In this document: positions 1 through 18,400 of the stretch, piece after piece | Layout of the letters: every line of letters starts with the position of its first letter | How positions within the stretch are numbered: position 1 is the stretch's first letter | Assembly: GCA_964658305.1 (NCBI GenBank) | Contig: OZ210884.1 | Coordinates: forward strand, 6,138,001 to 6,202,000 | Direction of reading: 5' to 3' | Source of the DNA: Leptogorgia sarmentosa | Taxonomy: Eukaryota | Length of the DNA stretch: 64,000 nucleotides | Program-made: the position numbers and the translations under genes | Notes under the pieces: model-generated | What the model was told of the DNA's origin: nothing | Databases searched by the model: none | Seen by the model: the letters and a program-made list of their open reading frames with translations, nothing else

Positions 1-605
1 TCAGCGCTAAAATTGCTTGCATTTGCTCCCGCTTCTGGCTCAAATTGGTAAGGTAATACTTCGCCTATTTGGTTCTCATGAATATTTTCCATTATTATAA
101 TCAAAAAGGCAATAATTACTTGAGAAAAGCTGTCCGACGCAAATATGAACTATAAAATTTATATACTGTTGTTTTGATCTTACCCTACTAATGACGTCAA
201 ACAGGTCATATTACCAAAAGATAATTTTTCCAAAATGGCAGACGATTTTCGTATTTTGGGCACAATTAAACGCATATATCTTGCAAACTAAAATATTTCG
301 TGAGGAATTATTACCAGATTCATTGTTAGATAGTACAACACGTTTGAAATAGCCAATAAAAATTTTTAGTGCCAATACCCTTTAAAGAAATTACCTTTAT
401 AAGTGTTTTCGGTTTTTGTTTATTTTGAGGGTAATTTCAAGAAGCGATTTTCTTTGAAAAGTTGATTGTAAAATTACCATGATCATTCAGTGTTTAGTAT
501 TCAAAGAAAGTGACGTAGTGCAGTGTTTAAATTTCAAACTTGGGAGATACAGTAGCCCTCAAATAGCCGATAAATTGCCCACGTGAGTGTGCCCATCTTT
601 TGTAG

Positions 606-3499
<2,894 letters not shown>

Positions 3500-4474
3500 T
3501 TTGCAAGATTCCCCTTTTTTATTTGACATTTGCAGTGCTCGCATGATATTCTGCGAGAAATTTGATTAATAATTAAGTTATATTTTTTCATATATGAAGG
3601 AACATTACAATAAAAGTATACATATGTAATATGCCCAAGAATTTGAAAATTACTAAATACTATTAGAATGGAGACATTGGAGATATTTAAGACCCAAAGA
3701 AGCCATCCATGCACCGCTTTTTTTCATTAATAAGGAACTTTTTTATTAGTAAGGTACAATTGAATCATGAATGACAGGGCAGCTAGCGTCTTTTATTAAA
3801 CTGACCGGCAAAATATTCTAAATAAAAACTAATCAAGCAGCTATTTGAGAGGGTCTTACATGTTTGCCATATTCAGTATGGAAGTTGAGCAGGCAAATAC
3901 TATCTTTTATTTTGTTATGTTGAGGCAACGACTACAGATGATGATGAACGGTTGTTTTGCGTTCTTTTCAAACCGGCTGGAAAGTTAGAAACGTTGCGTG
4001 CGTCAATGATTATAAATAAAGTATTAGTTGAAAAGGCTTTGATAGTTGCTCCCCTAGATCGTTCTATTTTCATGCTGTGCATTAACCAACCGCCGAAGCA
4101 ATATCGAATACTTTACAAAAAAAAAACTATGTAAATGTTGCGATTATTTTTTGATCTAATGACAATCATTGGGTTTATGTCTCTTGATTTGATATATAGA
4201 TACATCTTTTCGTTTCCTGAAAACCTAGTAAGATTGAAAAGAAAATTTAATTGGTCAAGAAATGCCTTTTGACTATATTTCCTGCCTCTGTTTTATGTAT
4301 TCTAGTGTGTTTTGTTAGGAGTTTTATTTTGCATTTTCGTTCTCATAGACATGCACAATCCAAATAATATTTTGGGCTTCGCCCTCATCAACCTCCACCT
4401 CCTCATCAACTGGAGCTCGTAATCTAATTGTTGAAGTATAGTCTAGCCCTAACCATCATATTTACCAATACATC

Positions 4475-5060
4475 AAGAACTCTATACTCGTGGTTCACTG
4501 TAGAGACTACCCAGTATACTATTAAACTACCAACAATGAAGGTAGTTGATGATTTCACCTTTCTACTGTATTGGTAAACGGGATATATAGCCTCTCTGAT
4601 ATTGCCTAATAAACAATAAGACCTTGAGGTGGTCCACTTTGAGACTATCTATAACTGATGCCATTAAACTATCAATAATTAAGATAGTTGATGATTAGAC
4701 CCTTCTACTGTAGTTGTAGTAAACGAAATATATAGCCTTCTTGTTCTTAAACAATAAATGTACTAAGACCTTGAGGTGGTCCAATTCAAAAACTACCCAT
4801 GCATGGTAACATTAAACTAGCAATAATTAAGATAGTTGATGATTTGATCCTTCTGTTGTTGTAGTGAACGGAATGCATATATTGCCTTCCTGATATTTAT
4901 AAATTATTATATTTAAGACCTACAAGGTCCAAGTTATTACTAAAGTTTATCATATTTAAGACCTTTTACATCGTCCAGTTTAAAAACTATACCCATTACT
5001 AAATTAGATAATTGATGAAGTTCGTCAGTAATTTCCGTAACTCTGTAAAGCAAATAGGGT
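4475..5060. repeat. Degenerate tandem repeat, ~148-bp unit, about 4 copies
   Basis: aagacc recurs at about 4618, 4766 and 4915, along with recurring attaaacta..caataattaagatagttgatgat and gtaaacg..atatatagcc blocks. Confidence 0.75.
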
Positions 5061-8000
5061 AAATTTCTGTAAGGCATTTTCTCATGGTCATCGAGGCTTT
5101 CTCCTCCCCAGGATCTTTGCGTCATGCGAGAGTATGCAGACAGATCTGAAAACGAGGTTGCTTCGTTTTTTCGCGCACAAATGTGTTTTCTTGACGACGT
5201 TGATCGGCCACTTACTAGTACTTAAATTGCATGTGAGTAATGAATGGAGATCAGTGAGATTCAGACGTGACTTCTATTGCAGTTCATCTTACCATTGAAG
5301 GACCAATAATGAACTAATCATGCAGATACACAGCTTAAGAAAGATTTCAGTAGTTAAATTTATCCAAACACCTCTATATTATAATATATACTGTCGTGGC
5401 AACTTGAGAATAAATAAAGTAGCATGAAGCTACTGCGAAGGAGAGTGCTTTTGACCCCAATCACAGTCCTGTGGTGAGCGAAACACGAAAATATAACCTT
5501 AATTGTCACCTTTCAGCAGGAGAATCCGCAGATTTCAACACAGGATATTAGGTGATTTTCGTCGGCATGATTGAGTATGCAGGCACTGTTTGAGATGTTT
5601 GTAAAAATTTCATCAATTTTACCTGGTCATCTGGACATACATTAAAACTTTTTACGTTATTCAATTTTGGTAAGATGAATAGCGAAGGCCAGGAATGTGT
5701 TGTGATAACGTTGGACTGAATCCCAACTGCATGCTCAGTGCTGTAATAGGACATGATACATCACTGACAGAATGTAAAATGCACATATTTATATTCACCA
5801 CCATTTCATCATTAAATATGGGTTTACAAGAAATTCGATTATATAATTATTTTTTAAAAGATTTAAAAAGTCAACCAGCATGTAATGTACGAACACATAA
5901 GCTGTCAATTGGCATTTTTCTTCGTATTGGTACTGTAGCTACAGTAGTTTAAAAATTTGATGAAGAAGAATTTCTGACACCCCAATTTTAGAATTTTTAA
6001 ATTTCTCCTATTCTCCTTCCTCCTCAATTTCTAAATTTCCCTTATAGATGGACTTTTCAAAGATTAACCTCAGTACTACAGACTGTTGAAAAGTTTTCGA
6101 ACTCTCAGGTGTTGGCTGCATCTCTTTCTTGTAGTGCATGCACAGCACGTTGTATTTCTTGTTGTTCGTATTCAAATTTTGTCAGTGACTTGCACTGTTT
6201 ATCATGTAAACATGAAAACAAACTGCTGTTTTAAACCTTCAGTCATATTGTTTGCATAGCAACAACATATGGTTTGATCGAACTGCAACATTAAAAATAT
6301 TTACAATAGCATCATTTTTGTAATCAATTTAATCACTCCGCACTCGTAGTTGTTTCCTGTAATCAATATTGCTTCAATAGTGTGTACGCAAACACTGATT
6401 GCAATACAGCTGGGACACACATTGTTCTTATATCAGGGAATATGGGAAGAACTGTGAAAATCTTTAAATATGTACTGTACCTTTAAAAAATGATCTAACC
6501 AGGAACTGCCAAAAAAGGAACCTGAGGTCGTGCGATTACAGTGGCGAGATCAAAACCAGCTGAGTTCTGTTGCGTTCATTCACAATGACTGTTTTTGCGA
6601 CCGTTCTGGTCAAGGCCGGTTGTATGAAAACTGAGTTAAAGTTAACCAATCCGAAACGCGTATTTCAGAGTTAACTATCATTTAGCTGCGAAACGACCTG
6701 AACACGATGAACTAAACTTGTGTCGAATTAGTTCTCATTTGGGTTATATCAATCGACTGCAATATTTGTTTAATGAAGTGAAATTACAAAAAAATGTTCG
6801 AACTACAACATTACTGTGTTGTTTGAAGTCTCGATAGACGAGCGATCAAAATTTCTACTCATCACTACCTAAACGATAGGATTCGACGTTTCGAGCAAAG
6901 ATCCTTCATTAGGCATCAATGTGATCATGCAGGGCACGTGAAGAACTGTGTTTCCATTTAGAGCTGACCACCAAGCGCTGGGCGTATCACGTGATTGACA
7001 CTCTGCTACGTATGAAATTCTTTGGGAGAAAATATAACATATAAAATCTTGGCCATTATTTTCAAGATTGATGGCTATTGCAACGTCTCCTAGGAAGGAA
7101 CCTATTTCCTATAGCTAATTGGATGAAGGTTTTCTAAAGAATGATTAAGCATTCTCCTGATTGTTGATTGGTTGAACAAACTTATAACGAACCAATGAAA
7201 AATTAGTCTTCTTAGCTAGATGCTTAACTCTCCTGAGTCAATGAATTTACTACACTTTGGTCAGACAGCTTATAGTTAGGCACAACGTAGCATATACGGG
7301 CAGAGAATAAACTAGGAACTAGATAGTGGCATAACTTGCCCGTATATGCTGTAAGGATTGAGTTGCTATCACAGGCATACATTACTCTAAACATATTAAA
7401 GTCAAATTACTCCATCTGGCATGAGAGCATGTGGCAATAACAACACGAAACGAGGTCACAAACATTACTGTGTTAGGGAGAGTCGCGAATAGAGCCGAAC
7501 TAATAATTATATACTGTTCACATGCACGAATATTGAATTGGTTGATGGTATGAAAATGTGACACAATTGATTCATGGAACTATATACTTCCGAAACGTTT
7601 ATAAAAAGAAATGCAAGACTGGCGCAAAATTCCTATGAACCAAACTATCTTGAACTGGCAATACATGCACAGCATCTATTTATTGTACTCCAATACATAA
7701 TGATTCCTTGGTCTGAAGAAAGATATATGTTTGCATATATAATAACAAATCAAAATCCCACCCCAATCTTATATAGTTTTAATTTGCGCAACTGATTTTG
7801 TCCCTAGAGAATCATTTCTTGAATAAGTATAATAATAGTCTATTTATTTCAAGGAAGCTATACTGAGTATATTATGAGGAGTTTAGAATTTGTTTCCTTG
7901 CCTTTTCTATATATGAAGCAAGAATCGTGTATGTATCCTGGCATATGTAATAGCTACATAAGTCTTGAAATTTAACAGTTATGTATTTCATATAAACCCC

Positions 8001-11000
8001 GCGTAACTAATATTAAATCAGTCTGGAATATTATAGTAATGAATGTCAGTTTCGAAATGCGTCATGATTGTAATTCTTCGGTACTTAGCTATATTCATGC
8101 ATGCCACACATTTACAAATGTTGACGATGAATCAGTTATTCGAGTGTCAATTGCGGAATACAGTCATGTTCCATGCAGTGTGAAATATATAGCTATACTG
8201 TATATTGCAACACAGGAAAGTTGTATGAAAGAATATGGTATCAACTAGTAAGTCACTTTTCTTTCCTGAGCATGAGCCCTATTAATACCTATTATAGTGT
8301 ACTAAATGCTGCATGTAGCTATAGCTATACACCTGCACGGACTACAAAATAATAGTGTCATATAAGAAATGAAGATTCAAAATCAGAGAAAATGTTTATA
8401 AATAAGACATTATATACATTGACAATAAATGTTATTTATTTACCAGATTGAATCTTACAGCTGCATGGAATCTCTTTAATACATTAGCTACGTTGTCGTT
8501 TAACGACCCAATTCACCCTTATCAACTATATAACTATAACAAAAATATACATTTAACATTATTATTGATGGTTTAAATATTTCTAAAGCGAATTGAACTA
8601 GCGTCGTTTGGAATTGCAATTAACAGAAACCTTGGTGAACATTTGTGTCTAAAAATTTGGTCACTCCCTTGCGTGCATCAATTTTACTTTGAGTCAACCG
8701 GCGATTTTATCATTTCTTCCATTCAAATATGGCAAACACTCATCCTCATTCTTACTGACACTCTGATTCTCAATTTATACAACTTATAACAGCTTTTTAA
8801 TTCACAACTATATTTATTATCTATGTCCAAAAGGTTATCTGTAGTCAAAGGCCGCGCATTTAGCGTTATCGCGGTCATGTTTTATGGAAACCAAAATAAT
8901 TCTATATAAAAACCGCCGTGAAATCTTTTGAAAATCACTCAATTCTAAAAAATGATAAGATGTATTTAGATTATACCGATAGAAATGGTCGACCGAACAA
9001 AATCTGCTGAAATACTGAGAAGTGAATGAGTGAAAGCTTTCCGAATCGGACTTCGTAAATCGACACAGAAGCCCGATACCATTGTTGCATGGTCTACGAT
9101 TTCGAGACAGAAAGTGCAAAGGAAATCACTATAATTTTACTGAAACTCGCCGCTAAATATATGAACTTATATATGTTCGTTACGAAATCAAAGAAGTTGA
9201 TTTCTATCAATGGATAATCTTACAGTGAAATTCTCATTTGCGAAAACATCATGTTGTCTTCATGGAGGGCGCATCAATGAAGTGTTTGCTTTTTAATATA
9301 TACGATGAAAAATCACTGACAGTTGACTCAAAATCAAAATTTCAGTCACGGTTAGGTAACCATTAAGCGTTCTCACAAACCAATATATGATTACTAACAA
9401 ACATTGCTATCGACAGTCATGCAAACGAATTTCATTGGAAATATATCACAAGGCACGCGACGAGGTCGTTTACAAAACAAGATCGCCTTTGAAAACATAA
9501 ACTGACTATTTCATTCTACCAAATTCAAATCTAAAATAAATGTATGGCAAATGAATGTTCATATATACTAACAGCTTCAAAAATCAAAACTGTAACAACG
9601 AAAATTTTTGCGAGGAAGCATGTACATATGATCGATCGCTACTGCATGTCTGCATGCGCCGAGTAAACTAACATGATTCTATAGCTACCATCAAAAACAA
9701 CTGCTTTCAATTTGGATGGAATATATACCCGTGTTGAAATTCTACTTTACTAAAAGTTTCAAGAAGTTGAATAGATTCTACGTCCTAAATATATCACAGA
9801 AAATATCCATTACAATTTTCAAATGCTAAAAGAAAGACCAATGTTTTTATCATCATGCATTTACGCGATATATTGCCAGCAATCAAAATTCTGTCGATAT
9901 TTTCAAATATTTCCAAAAAGCCAAACTAATTTCATGATGATACTGACTTTTTAGAGAACAGGAACCGTGTAACTTTTTCACAAAATATTTGTTAATAAGC
10001 CCCGCAATTTTTAGCAAAGACGTGTCTGACAGTGTTTAATGTTGAGCGTTTTCGATCATATGTAAATGGGATCCCCTTTTTTAGGGAAGTAATTTTCTTT
10101 CAAGTTTCTCCTTCAATTTCTAAAATAGATAAACCGATGGACCTGTAAAAGTACTTTATAGTTCAGTTTATCTTGAATTGCAGTGAACAAAATTTTGAAT
10201 AGTTTATAAGACTAAAAAGTGAAACGTTTTGTCAAAGGGCATTCATTGTTGTCCAACGACCTCGCGCTTGTTATACGTTTCAAGCCTTGAGAAAACAACT
10301 CGAAGTAAAATTATTGTTTACGAAGGTTTACTACAAGTTTTCCACTTCTTTTTAGTAATTTTGATCCCCTAGACTCTGGTAAAACTAAACATGCATGTCG
10401 TTCACAAAATGTCAAATAATTCTTTTAAGATCCTATTATGTCATTTGAAGTGAAGTTATCTTGTGATATATTCTTGTGATTATCGTGAGATGCGTATTTT
10501 TTTACCCAACTCTAATTCGTTAGCAAAGAGACCAAAAATATAACAATGAAATGTTCATTGGTTTCAAACGTGCATGATCCTGCTGCATTTGTGAAGTCGA
10601 TACATTCATGCTGCAATGCCAAATTCACAAATTCCTAGTTCTGTATGTTTACCTAAAATTAGCTACAAAGTATTCAAAAATATTTTAAATAAATCACTGG
10701 AATCTCCCATTTTAATTTAAGACAGACTAGACAAAATAGATTGTTCATCTTAGTGTTCATCTCAAAATAATCCGAGGAAGATGTATCACTGAAAACAATG
10801 CTTTCATCTTCTCCTCATGTATATCTTGTTTACTAAAGTACCTTTCCTTTTAGAAATATTTTTTTTCGTTCAATCCAACATTGTCTTACTGATATTGTCA
10901 TATTACATAGAAGATTTATCAGCCTGTTCATACCCTATCTCAATATCCTTTCATCATTCTTTCCTGGCAATAATACCAGGCCTATATAATTATATATACA

Positions 11001-11283
11001 AGACACGTTCCTAGCAAGCATTATGTTTTGACCAGAAATCCTAAATGGTTTCTGTCTATAGCCTATACCAGGTTGATGCTATCCCTGAATTAATTTTTAT
11101 GCTTTGTGCTCTTTCATACTTTGTCGCTGAAAGTTTTTAATTTCAGGATCAAACCAACCAACATTTGTAGGCATACGAAACTTATAAACATGTTCAGATC
11201 AAAATCTCAACATGGCTTTGATTTGAAACTTACAAAGCCAATATAGTTTGTAACAGTTAACTACAATATAATACAAATAAGAT

Positions 11284-12474
11284 TTAATACCATGAAGATG
11301 TTGAAGCCTTTGTCGTCTCAATCACTTGAGTCTTTGATCTTGTTGCATTTGGTAGAGGAGAGGTACTTGGTGAAGGATAGTCATCATCTTCGATCCGTGA
11401 ATCGTCGTCTCCTTCGCCATGTAGTTTCATGTGTTTCCTCAACGAGCTTGGATGAGTATAACTCTTTCCGCAACTGTTTATTCTACAAGTGTACGGTTTA
11501 TCCGAAGTGTGAACATGGGAATGTTTCTTTCTATCACTCGAATTTGCAAAACGCCTATCACAGTTCGGGAAATCGCAGACAAACGGTTTCTCGCCAGTGT
11601 GGGTTCGTTTATGAATCTTCAGATTTTCTGATCTCGCGAAGAACTTGCCACAGCCACGAAACGGACATGCAAAAGGTTTCTCTCCCGTGTGAACACGAAT
11701 ATGGTTAACGAGCTTATACTTCGCTTTAAAAGGCAGACCGTTTCGAGAGCAGTTCTTCCAATGGCACACGTGAAGGGATGAATCATTTTGGCTGACGTGA
11801 TCGTCATTGATATGGCGAACTATGTCGTGCATCATTGAGAACTGTTTGCCACACGGCTTGCACTTGGGAAAATATTGAGGATCGATCCATTCACAGGTTA
11901 GTATTTGATGTTGTGGTGGTCTGGGAGGATATAAATACGGTCCGGTTTGATGAATTGGGAAGGTATGATCGTAACCAGCCGGCCCGGGGTATATATACAT
12001 ACCAGTATCTGAATGATTTGGGAAGCCAGGGTAGTGAGATCTCACCATGTCTGAAGTTTCTGAAGGGTAAATATTACTGCTTCCCGGCTTGTGCTCTGTT
12101 TTACCAGGATACACCAAAGGATTGCATGGACTGTGGCTCTGAGTTGTAGCAGGGAAAAGGGATGAGTATGGTGAGTATGATGGTTGTGGGGGTTTATAGA
12201 AATGATCGTGATTCGGATGTGAGATATCGTACGAGCCAGGGCCGCGATGATGATTTTGCGAGGACCAAGGCAGAACGTAGGGTTGTGATGTGAACGATGC
12301 TCGGTTGTCTGGCAGGTTTTCCGTTAGTCTTGTACTCACGGCTGGGAGATGAGGGAACATTGGCACGCTTGGTTCAATGTGGTTGCACATCGTTTCTTTA
12401 GTCATGCTACTGATCTCGCTTGAATGAGAGAATCCGGCGCTTTGATTTCCAATGATGCGTTGATATGATTCCAT
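11284..12474 (-). CDS. Zic: Zic-family C2H2 zinc-finger transcription factor (intronless, ~396 aa)
   Basis: Five Zic/Gli-type fingers: TCEWID..C, VCHWKNC (tandem CWCH2), [65 protein letters not shown]. First ATG is at 12474 (the track start is GTG). Confidence 0.95.
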   Translation of the reverse strand: MESYQRIIGNQSAGFSHSSEISSMTKETMCNHIEPSVPMFPHLPAVSTRLTENLPDNRASFTSQPYVLPWSSQNHHRGPGSYDISHPNHDHFYKPPQPSYSPYSSLFPATTQSHSPCNPLVYPGKTEHKPGSSNIYPSETSDMVRSHYPGFPNHSDTGMYIYPGPAGYDHTFPIHQTGPYLYPPRPPQHQILTCEWIDPQYFPKCKPCGKQFSMMHDIVRHINDDHVSQNDSSLHVCHWKNCSRNGLPFKAKYKLVNHIRVHTGEKPFACPFRGCGKFFARSENLKIHKRTHTGEKPFVCDFPNCDRRFANSSDRKKHSHVHTSDKPYTCRINSCGKSYTHPSSLRKHMKLHGEGDDDSRIEDDDYPSPSTSPLPNATRSKTQVIETTKASTSSWY

Positions 12475-15400
12475 AACCTTCGTGCCGTGTGGAACTTCCT
12501 TTGAACTCTTCGCTGTGAGAACGCTGAGGCTCACTGTTTTCCACGTTCTGTCAAAACAGCGTAGTGAGTGTAAAACTTGAGGAGGCGTTCTTTACATATG
12601 TGTCCCTGTGACGAGATTGTGTGATTGATTGCTCCACGTCAAAATGAGATGCAATTCAATGCAGAGTCAATCACTCAACACCACCGGATTAAAACACTAG
12701 GACAGTACTTATTGCTTTGCCGCTCTTTCCTCAGTACTCACACACGACCGTGTAAACGCGCCACAAGTTTTAGTCAAGAATATGATTCATATGAGTTTGT
12801 AAGACTTCCAGTTGGTCTAGTTGGCTAAATGTCACCTGTTGGTTTAGTGAATATACCGTAAGCTCCTCAGTGTGTGTTGATTGTATGAAACAAATGATTA
12901 GAAATCAGCACGATATATTTCTTGTTCAACATTGCAAATGAAAAGCAATTTATAACGCCAAGCACTGGGCTTCATACAGATTTTTCATTAGTCCGAACAC
13001 AAAGGCCTCGCTATGGGGTAGCGTAAGCACAAAATATTCCCTTACTTTGAAAATGCGGCTTCGAATTTCTCTAGCTTTGAAAAAAGATGTGAAACTATTA
13101 GCCCTGAAACGAATATTTCTGCGGGCAAACCACACGAGAGGTTTCCGGATTAAGACATAGGAAATATAACAATCATAGCGGGATACACTCGCAAGATTTC
13201 TTGATAAATAATCAATTAGGTTTCACAGCCTCTCAAGTTGCGCTTCAAACTAAAGTGTTTTATCTCGCGTGCAACACTTCCCGCCTTTTTTTCTATTTCG
13301 CTCGAGAAAGTGATGCGTTATACAACCAATAGTTGGATAAGAGGTCAATTTACGAAGGCGTTAAAATCTCAATTGGATAACCACTCCCCTTAAGATTTTA
13401 TCATTTGATGTTAAAAGACCGACAAGTGAAGTGTATTTAGAGCGATAACTATTGTTTCCTGCCGTTCATAACTCTATATCTTTTTCATCAAAACATCAGT
13501 GTAAGCTTAGTATGATCACCACAATGCCACAGCGGCTAACATGTTTTCTGCCCGGAGAGAAAAACATCCAACATAAGCGAACTTTATACGTTGATTTCAG
13601 TGCAGGGGGTTCTTACTATTGTATAAATAAAATTAATCTTCTTTACGGTTTGGATAGAATTTTAATTTGTCCGGCCTCCTACCAGTTAGGAGGCGGTGTT
13701 GAAAGCATTTTGATGCTTCATGCGCAATCCCATACACGAAAGAGTTTTAACACAAGCAAGAAAGTTGTGTTTGATGCATTAACGGAAAGTAAGTGTTTGC
13801 TTGCTGTGAGTATTTTGAGATTGCTAGCTATGGGCATGGGTTGCAGTATATCGTTAATATAGTGATCACAGCTGTTAGCTACATGAATTCACAATGAACA
13901 CTATAAATAACATTTCAATGTTCAAAACCTACAGCTTATCCCAACAAAATCTATCAGTATGATCAAGTATACCCAGTTTTCAACTATAAACAGACTGTTG
14001 GATTGTGATGAATGGCTGGTTGGGTCATTCCTAATAGCAGCTTTGAAGGTGGGTGTTTCGGTATTCGCTTGGTTTTTGTGTATACATCTTTCCCAACACA
14101 TGCAGTGATACAGTTACAACGCGAAGCGTGACCGATATAAGATTGTTGCTCGTTAGAACAAAATAATTGATTAATTGCAACTTTTTTCTTATACCGGCGA
14201 ATCAATATCAAACATGTTTCAAGCAAGCGCGAGAGCATTCCCCCAACTTGCTCAATTTACGGTTTGCGGCTGCATGATAATAGAGCGATCTAGGGGAGCA
14301 AGTATCCAGCGTTTTGAATCAATACTTTATTTATAATGAGAGGGTAAAAATAATCCCTCACGCACTCAGGGTTTTCATGTTTAGAAAAAACGAACTCATA
14401 GAGTAATTTTACTGATCACTCTAGTTAATAACCGTAACATATTGTTTATCTACACTAAGACAACCATTTGTGATAACATACAGTCGTTGCAGCTTCTGAG
14501 ATGCATCATAATACAAAACATGATTGCTATATTTATCCAGAATTTGAAGGTGCGCGCTTCCATTATACCGGAAAACAAAACAAAACACTCGATTTTTTAT
14601 ACACACTTGGAATTATGTACTTCATCTAATGTACAATTTGAAACTAATGAGTAATCGCGACTGCTTTTGTCTAAGTGCTAATTGCCGTATTTAAGAGTGC
14701 ACTAAAGTTGTAAAGATAATAATTGATAAAATCTACTTTTGTGTTTTATCAACAAAGCGGCTTAGCTAGCTTATGATCGTCTACACCGGTTATGTAAAGA
14801 TTAACCAGACGGGAATTGGTTTGTCTGGGAAAGATAATGATGTTGGGACGACTAGACTGCATGGCAGATATTCTATGCACTGTAAGTAAATGTGTTCAAC
14901 CCTGGGAAGTAATCATTGAAGCTCGACGAGATTTGTGATTTAAAATCCTGTCCAGCACTTTTCTTTGATATAGTTAATTATATTTATAGCTTAACCAGTG
15001 TCATAAGAATGAGTATATACCCAGGTTCAAGTTAAATGCCAAAGAAATCTTTATCAAAATACACCCAAGGTAAACTCGTTGTCGGGAAATATATAACTAT
15101 CAGATTTGAAATCATAACTGTCTTCAAAGAGACATCGAAAGGTTGATGCATGTAAAAACATGTGGAAAAAATAAATCCCAATTGATTCCTTGGTAGAAAA
15201 TAAAGCACCCCCTCTCAGCAGACCAAACTGAAATTACGCACAATTTTGACGTCTTGTATTTTATAATGCATTTTTCCCTCCCAAATCACAATAGTAAACA
15301 TTTACTGATTGATCGACGTCAAAGTTTTGCCCTTATATACATGTTGTTGTAGCTACAAAACGTATTGAATTCATTGTGGAAAAGGCCTTGTTCAACATTT

Positions 15401-18400
15401 ACCGCCGTTTACATTCATGAATAAGGACTCAGAAAATGTATACTCGATGAAGATATGCATTCTATGCAAAAAAAATGTGCTCGAATAAATGTACAGAATA
15501 TATAGACTCGATGCTGGTTTCGCTGAAAAAATCCCGAAAACAGTGAAAATATTTTCGATCGGTGTATCGACAGAAGTTAAATCTTAGGCATGCTTTTTTC
15601 TAACTTCTGGCATTGTATATATGATCTGTATATGATACACATAGTGTCTTTAAACTCGGTAAACGAGAAAGATTTTACAGTGTTACAGTGACTCTGCGCA
15701 CAATCTACATCAGTCATCATATCTTATACTGAAAAGTCTACAATGTTTAACATTCTTTATAGGCAAAAGGAAATAATAAAAGAGAATAATTATGATATAT
15801 GTACATACAGTTTCTTTGTAAGCGCTCTTCTCATTTCTTGAATTATTAATAGAAATTCTTTTATTATTTCATGCAATCATAACATAAAATGGCTTTGAAG
15901 GGTTACCGCAATTGCTATATGGATGTAGATACTGAATACATTAAATATCAGTTTTATGAATTAGAAGTAAATGCAAGGAACTCATGTCAAATCCTATCTA
16001 AAGAAACATTATCTATATATATTTATATAAATGATGTAACATTTAGCTACATAGTAATATAAATAAAAAATAATGCGAATTATGAGAAGACGATGTTTCA
16101 AGCAAAGGCGACCTTCGTCTGAAATATAAGTATACATACAGTACAGTCTGTTCATTCCAAGTGTAGAATTAAACTTTGAGATAAAAGTTACTTTATTTGT
16201 TGTATCTGTATAATAGCTATCTCTTTTAGATTTTATATATCAAACGTATTTTGTAAACTATAAAATTCCTATGAAATAATGACATGCTTGCAGTCAGATG
16301 GATCAGTTGAGGAACTATATATACTAAAGGAAGAATTCGCCAAAAAACTGAATATCGGCTATTGCCTTCAGCCGGCAAATGCATGAGGTCTCTTGGCTCA
16401 AGTGGCTTCGGAAGTTATCTCTTATTGACGGATTATGAAGGATATGGACTAAAAATATCGCAAATATCAAATCAAAACTCACACAAAGTATACCGGATTT
16501 CCCTGCCTGGTTCATGAATGTGATTGTCGTGTATAGCTATATGAAACTAAACAACGGCCTATCTTTAATACGCAAACGGTACAATAAGATTTGACGTTTC
16601 GAGCAAATGCGCCTATTATTTCCAACACAATAAAAATCGAAGTTTCTGGAATAAACCCTTATCCTTTTTTGTTTAGACAGTAAAACCTTTGCTGCTTGTT
16701 GATGCAGTTATATTTGCATGCTGCCTACACTGCATGGCCACATATATTGAAGTTTGTTGTTATCTTCTGTACGTATACGCAGCACAAGCATATTTTTTTC
16801 ACACAGCATTTCGGACATCAGGTTATGAATGGCAAGTAGAACGAGTTTAGCAGTACTACAGTATATAGTTGGAATTAATTTTGAAATATTTACAATATAA
16901 TCATACGTGTAAATAACAGATCGACAAAAGTTTCAAGAAAGTAGTTTTGTAAATGCAGTCACATATCTAGTAATTCGGTTCAAAAGTTTAGAATGCCGTA
17001 TCAAAAACTATAAGCAACTCAAGAGTTATTTTTTATAAGCAATGCCGCCAAAGTGCCGGTTCATGCATGTGCAATTGTTATAATAAAATCAATCATATAT
17101 AGCTAGTAGTTGTTTTTCCACTGCATCCTGTGTAGATTGCTCAAACAACCCGCAATTCTCAATGCATTAATATTTCCTGATTAACTCTCAGCTTTCTGCC
17201 AAAGTCAATAAGATGGAACGGACTTTCATTGCGAAGAATTCCACGTATGTTGAGCATATTAACAAGAATGGCATTTGAATAGCCTTGAGCAATTTCACAC
17301 TTTTCTAAGAGGACACTTTATTTTCTCAGCTTCGGTGTTGACAGAGTGCTTATGTTTTAAATGCTTCACACTTCAGATTAATAAATTGTACTGTACACAA
17401 AATAATTGTGGTATTCTAGGATATAATGTTAGCTACGTGCAACCGCCATATTGTGGCTGTCAATATCTTATCGCTGGGTTTGAAAATCCACTCAGGGTAA
17501 TATATAAGCATGGGATCGGACCGGATAGGAACAAAATTGAACCCACTAATAGACGTTCGGTACCATTGCCTGATCCAGTTTGAACATATCATCCTGCATA
17601 AAGAGTTGCAGTACTTCCAACAATATTTGCCCGACGGTGTAGCTATACAGTATAATAAATGATGGAAAAGAGTCATGTCCGATCCGATGTTTATTCTCCT
17701 CAGCGAAAATTAGCCAGTATAAGTGGCAACTTTTCTTACCATGGACTTACAAAGCTACATATGTCATATACATTCGCAGAAATCAGGCTTAATTTATGGT
17801 AATTTGTGACACGGTAGTCATGGAAAAGAGTCATGTCCTTCGTATGAGAACTGTTTCGGGTTGAACTGGATTATAAGGGTCATGGTAACAACTAATATAT
17901 ATATACAAAGCGCGCACTTTGCTTTTTTTGTAACGTCACAGCCTAAGCCTCAAGAAGCGCATTGTTTTTTTTTCAGGCTGGCGAAAGCACAATGAATTCC
18001 AGCTGACTTGTGTTTAGCAAAAACACGATTGAAATCAATGACCAGAATTTGTGGTTGCTATACCCTAACCAAACAATGTCAAGCAAGATTCACAGAAAAA
18101 CAACCCATGCACAATAAAGTAAAACCTGGCTATTAAATTAGGTGGAATAGTCGGATCAGGAAATGCCCTAATTGATGGTTCTGCCCTCAAATACATTTGA
18201 ATGGATTATAATTACAAACTGCTGTTTTCACAATATATTCGAGTGTGTTGTTACAACTTTTGCCAAAAATGAAGCTGAAGAGAAAGCTAAAAATTCAATA
18301 GTCACTTTATGATGCCAAGATAATGGACGCTGACTTTTAATGCTATATAGTGTAATTTAATTCGGACCTAATGTTTGTCATAGCAATAAATTAATCTCGC

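Noticed and set aside
5500..6480. Possible decayed coding fragments on the minus strand
   Set aside because: Could not build a consistent spliced frame or identify a family
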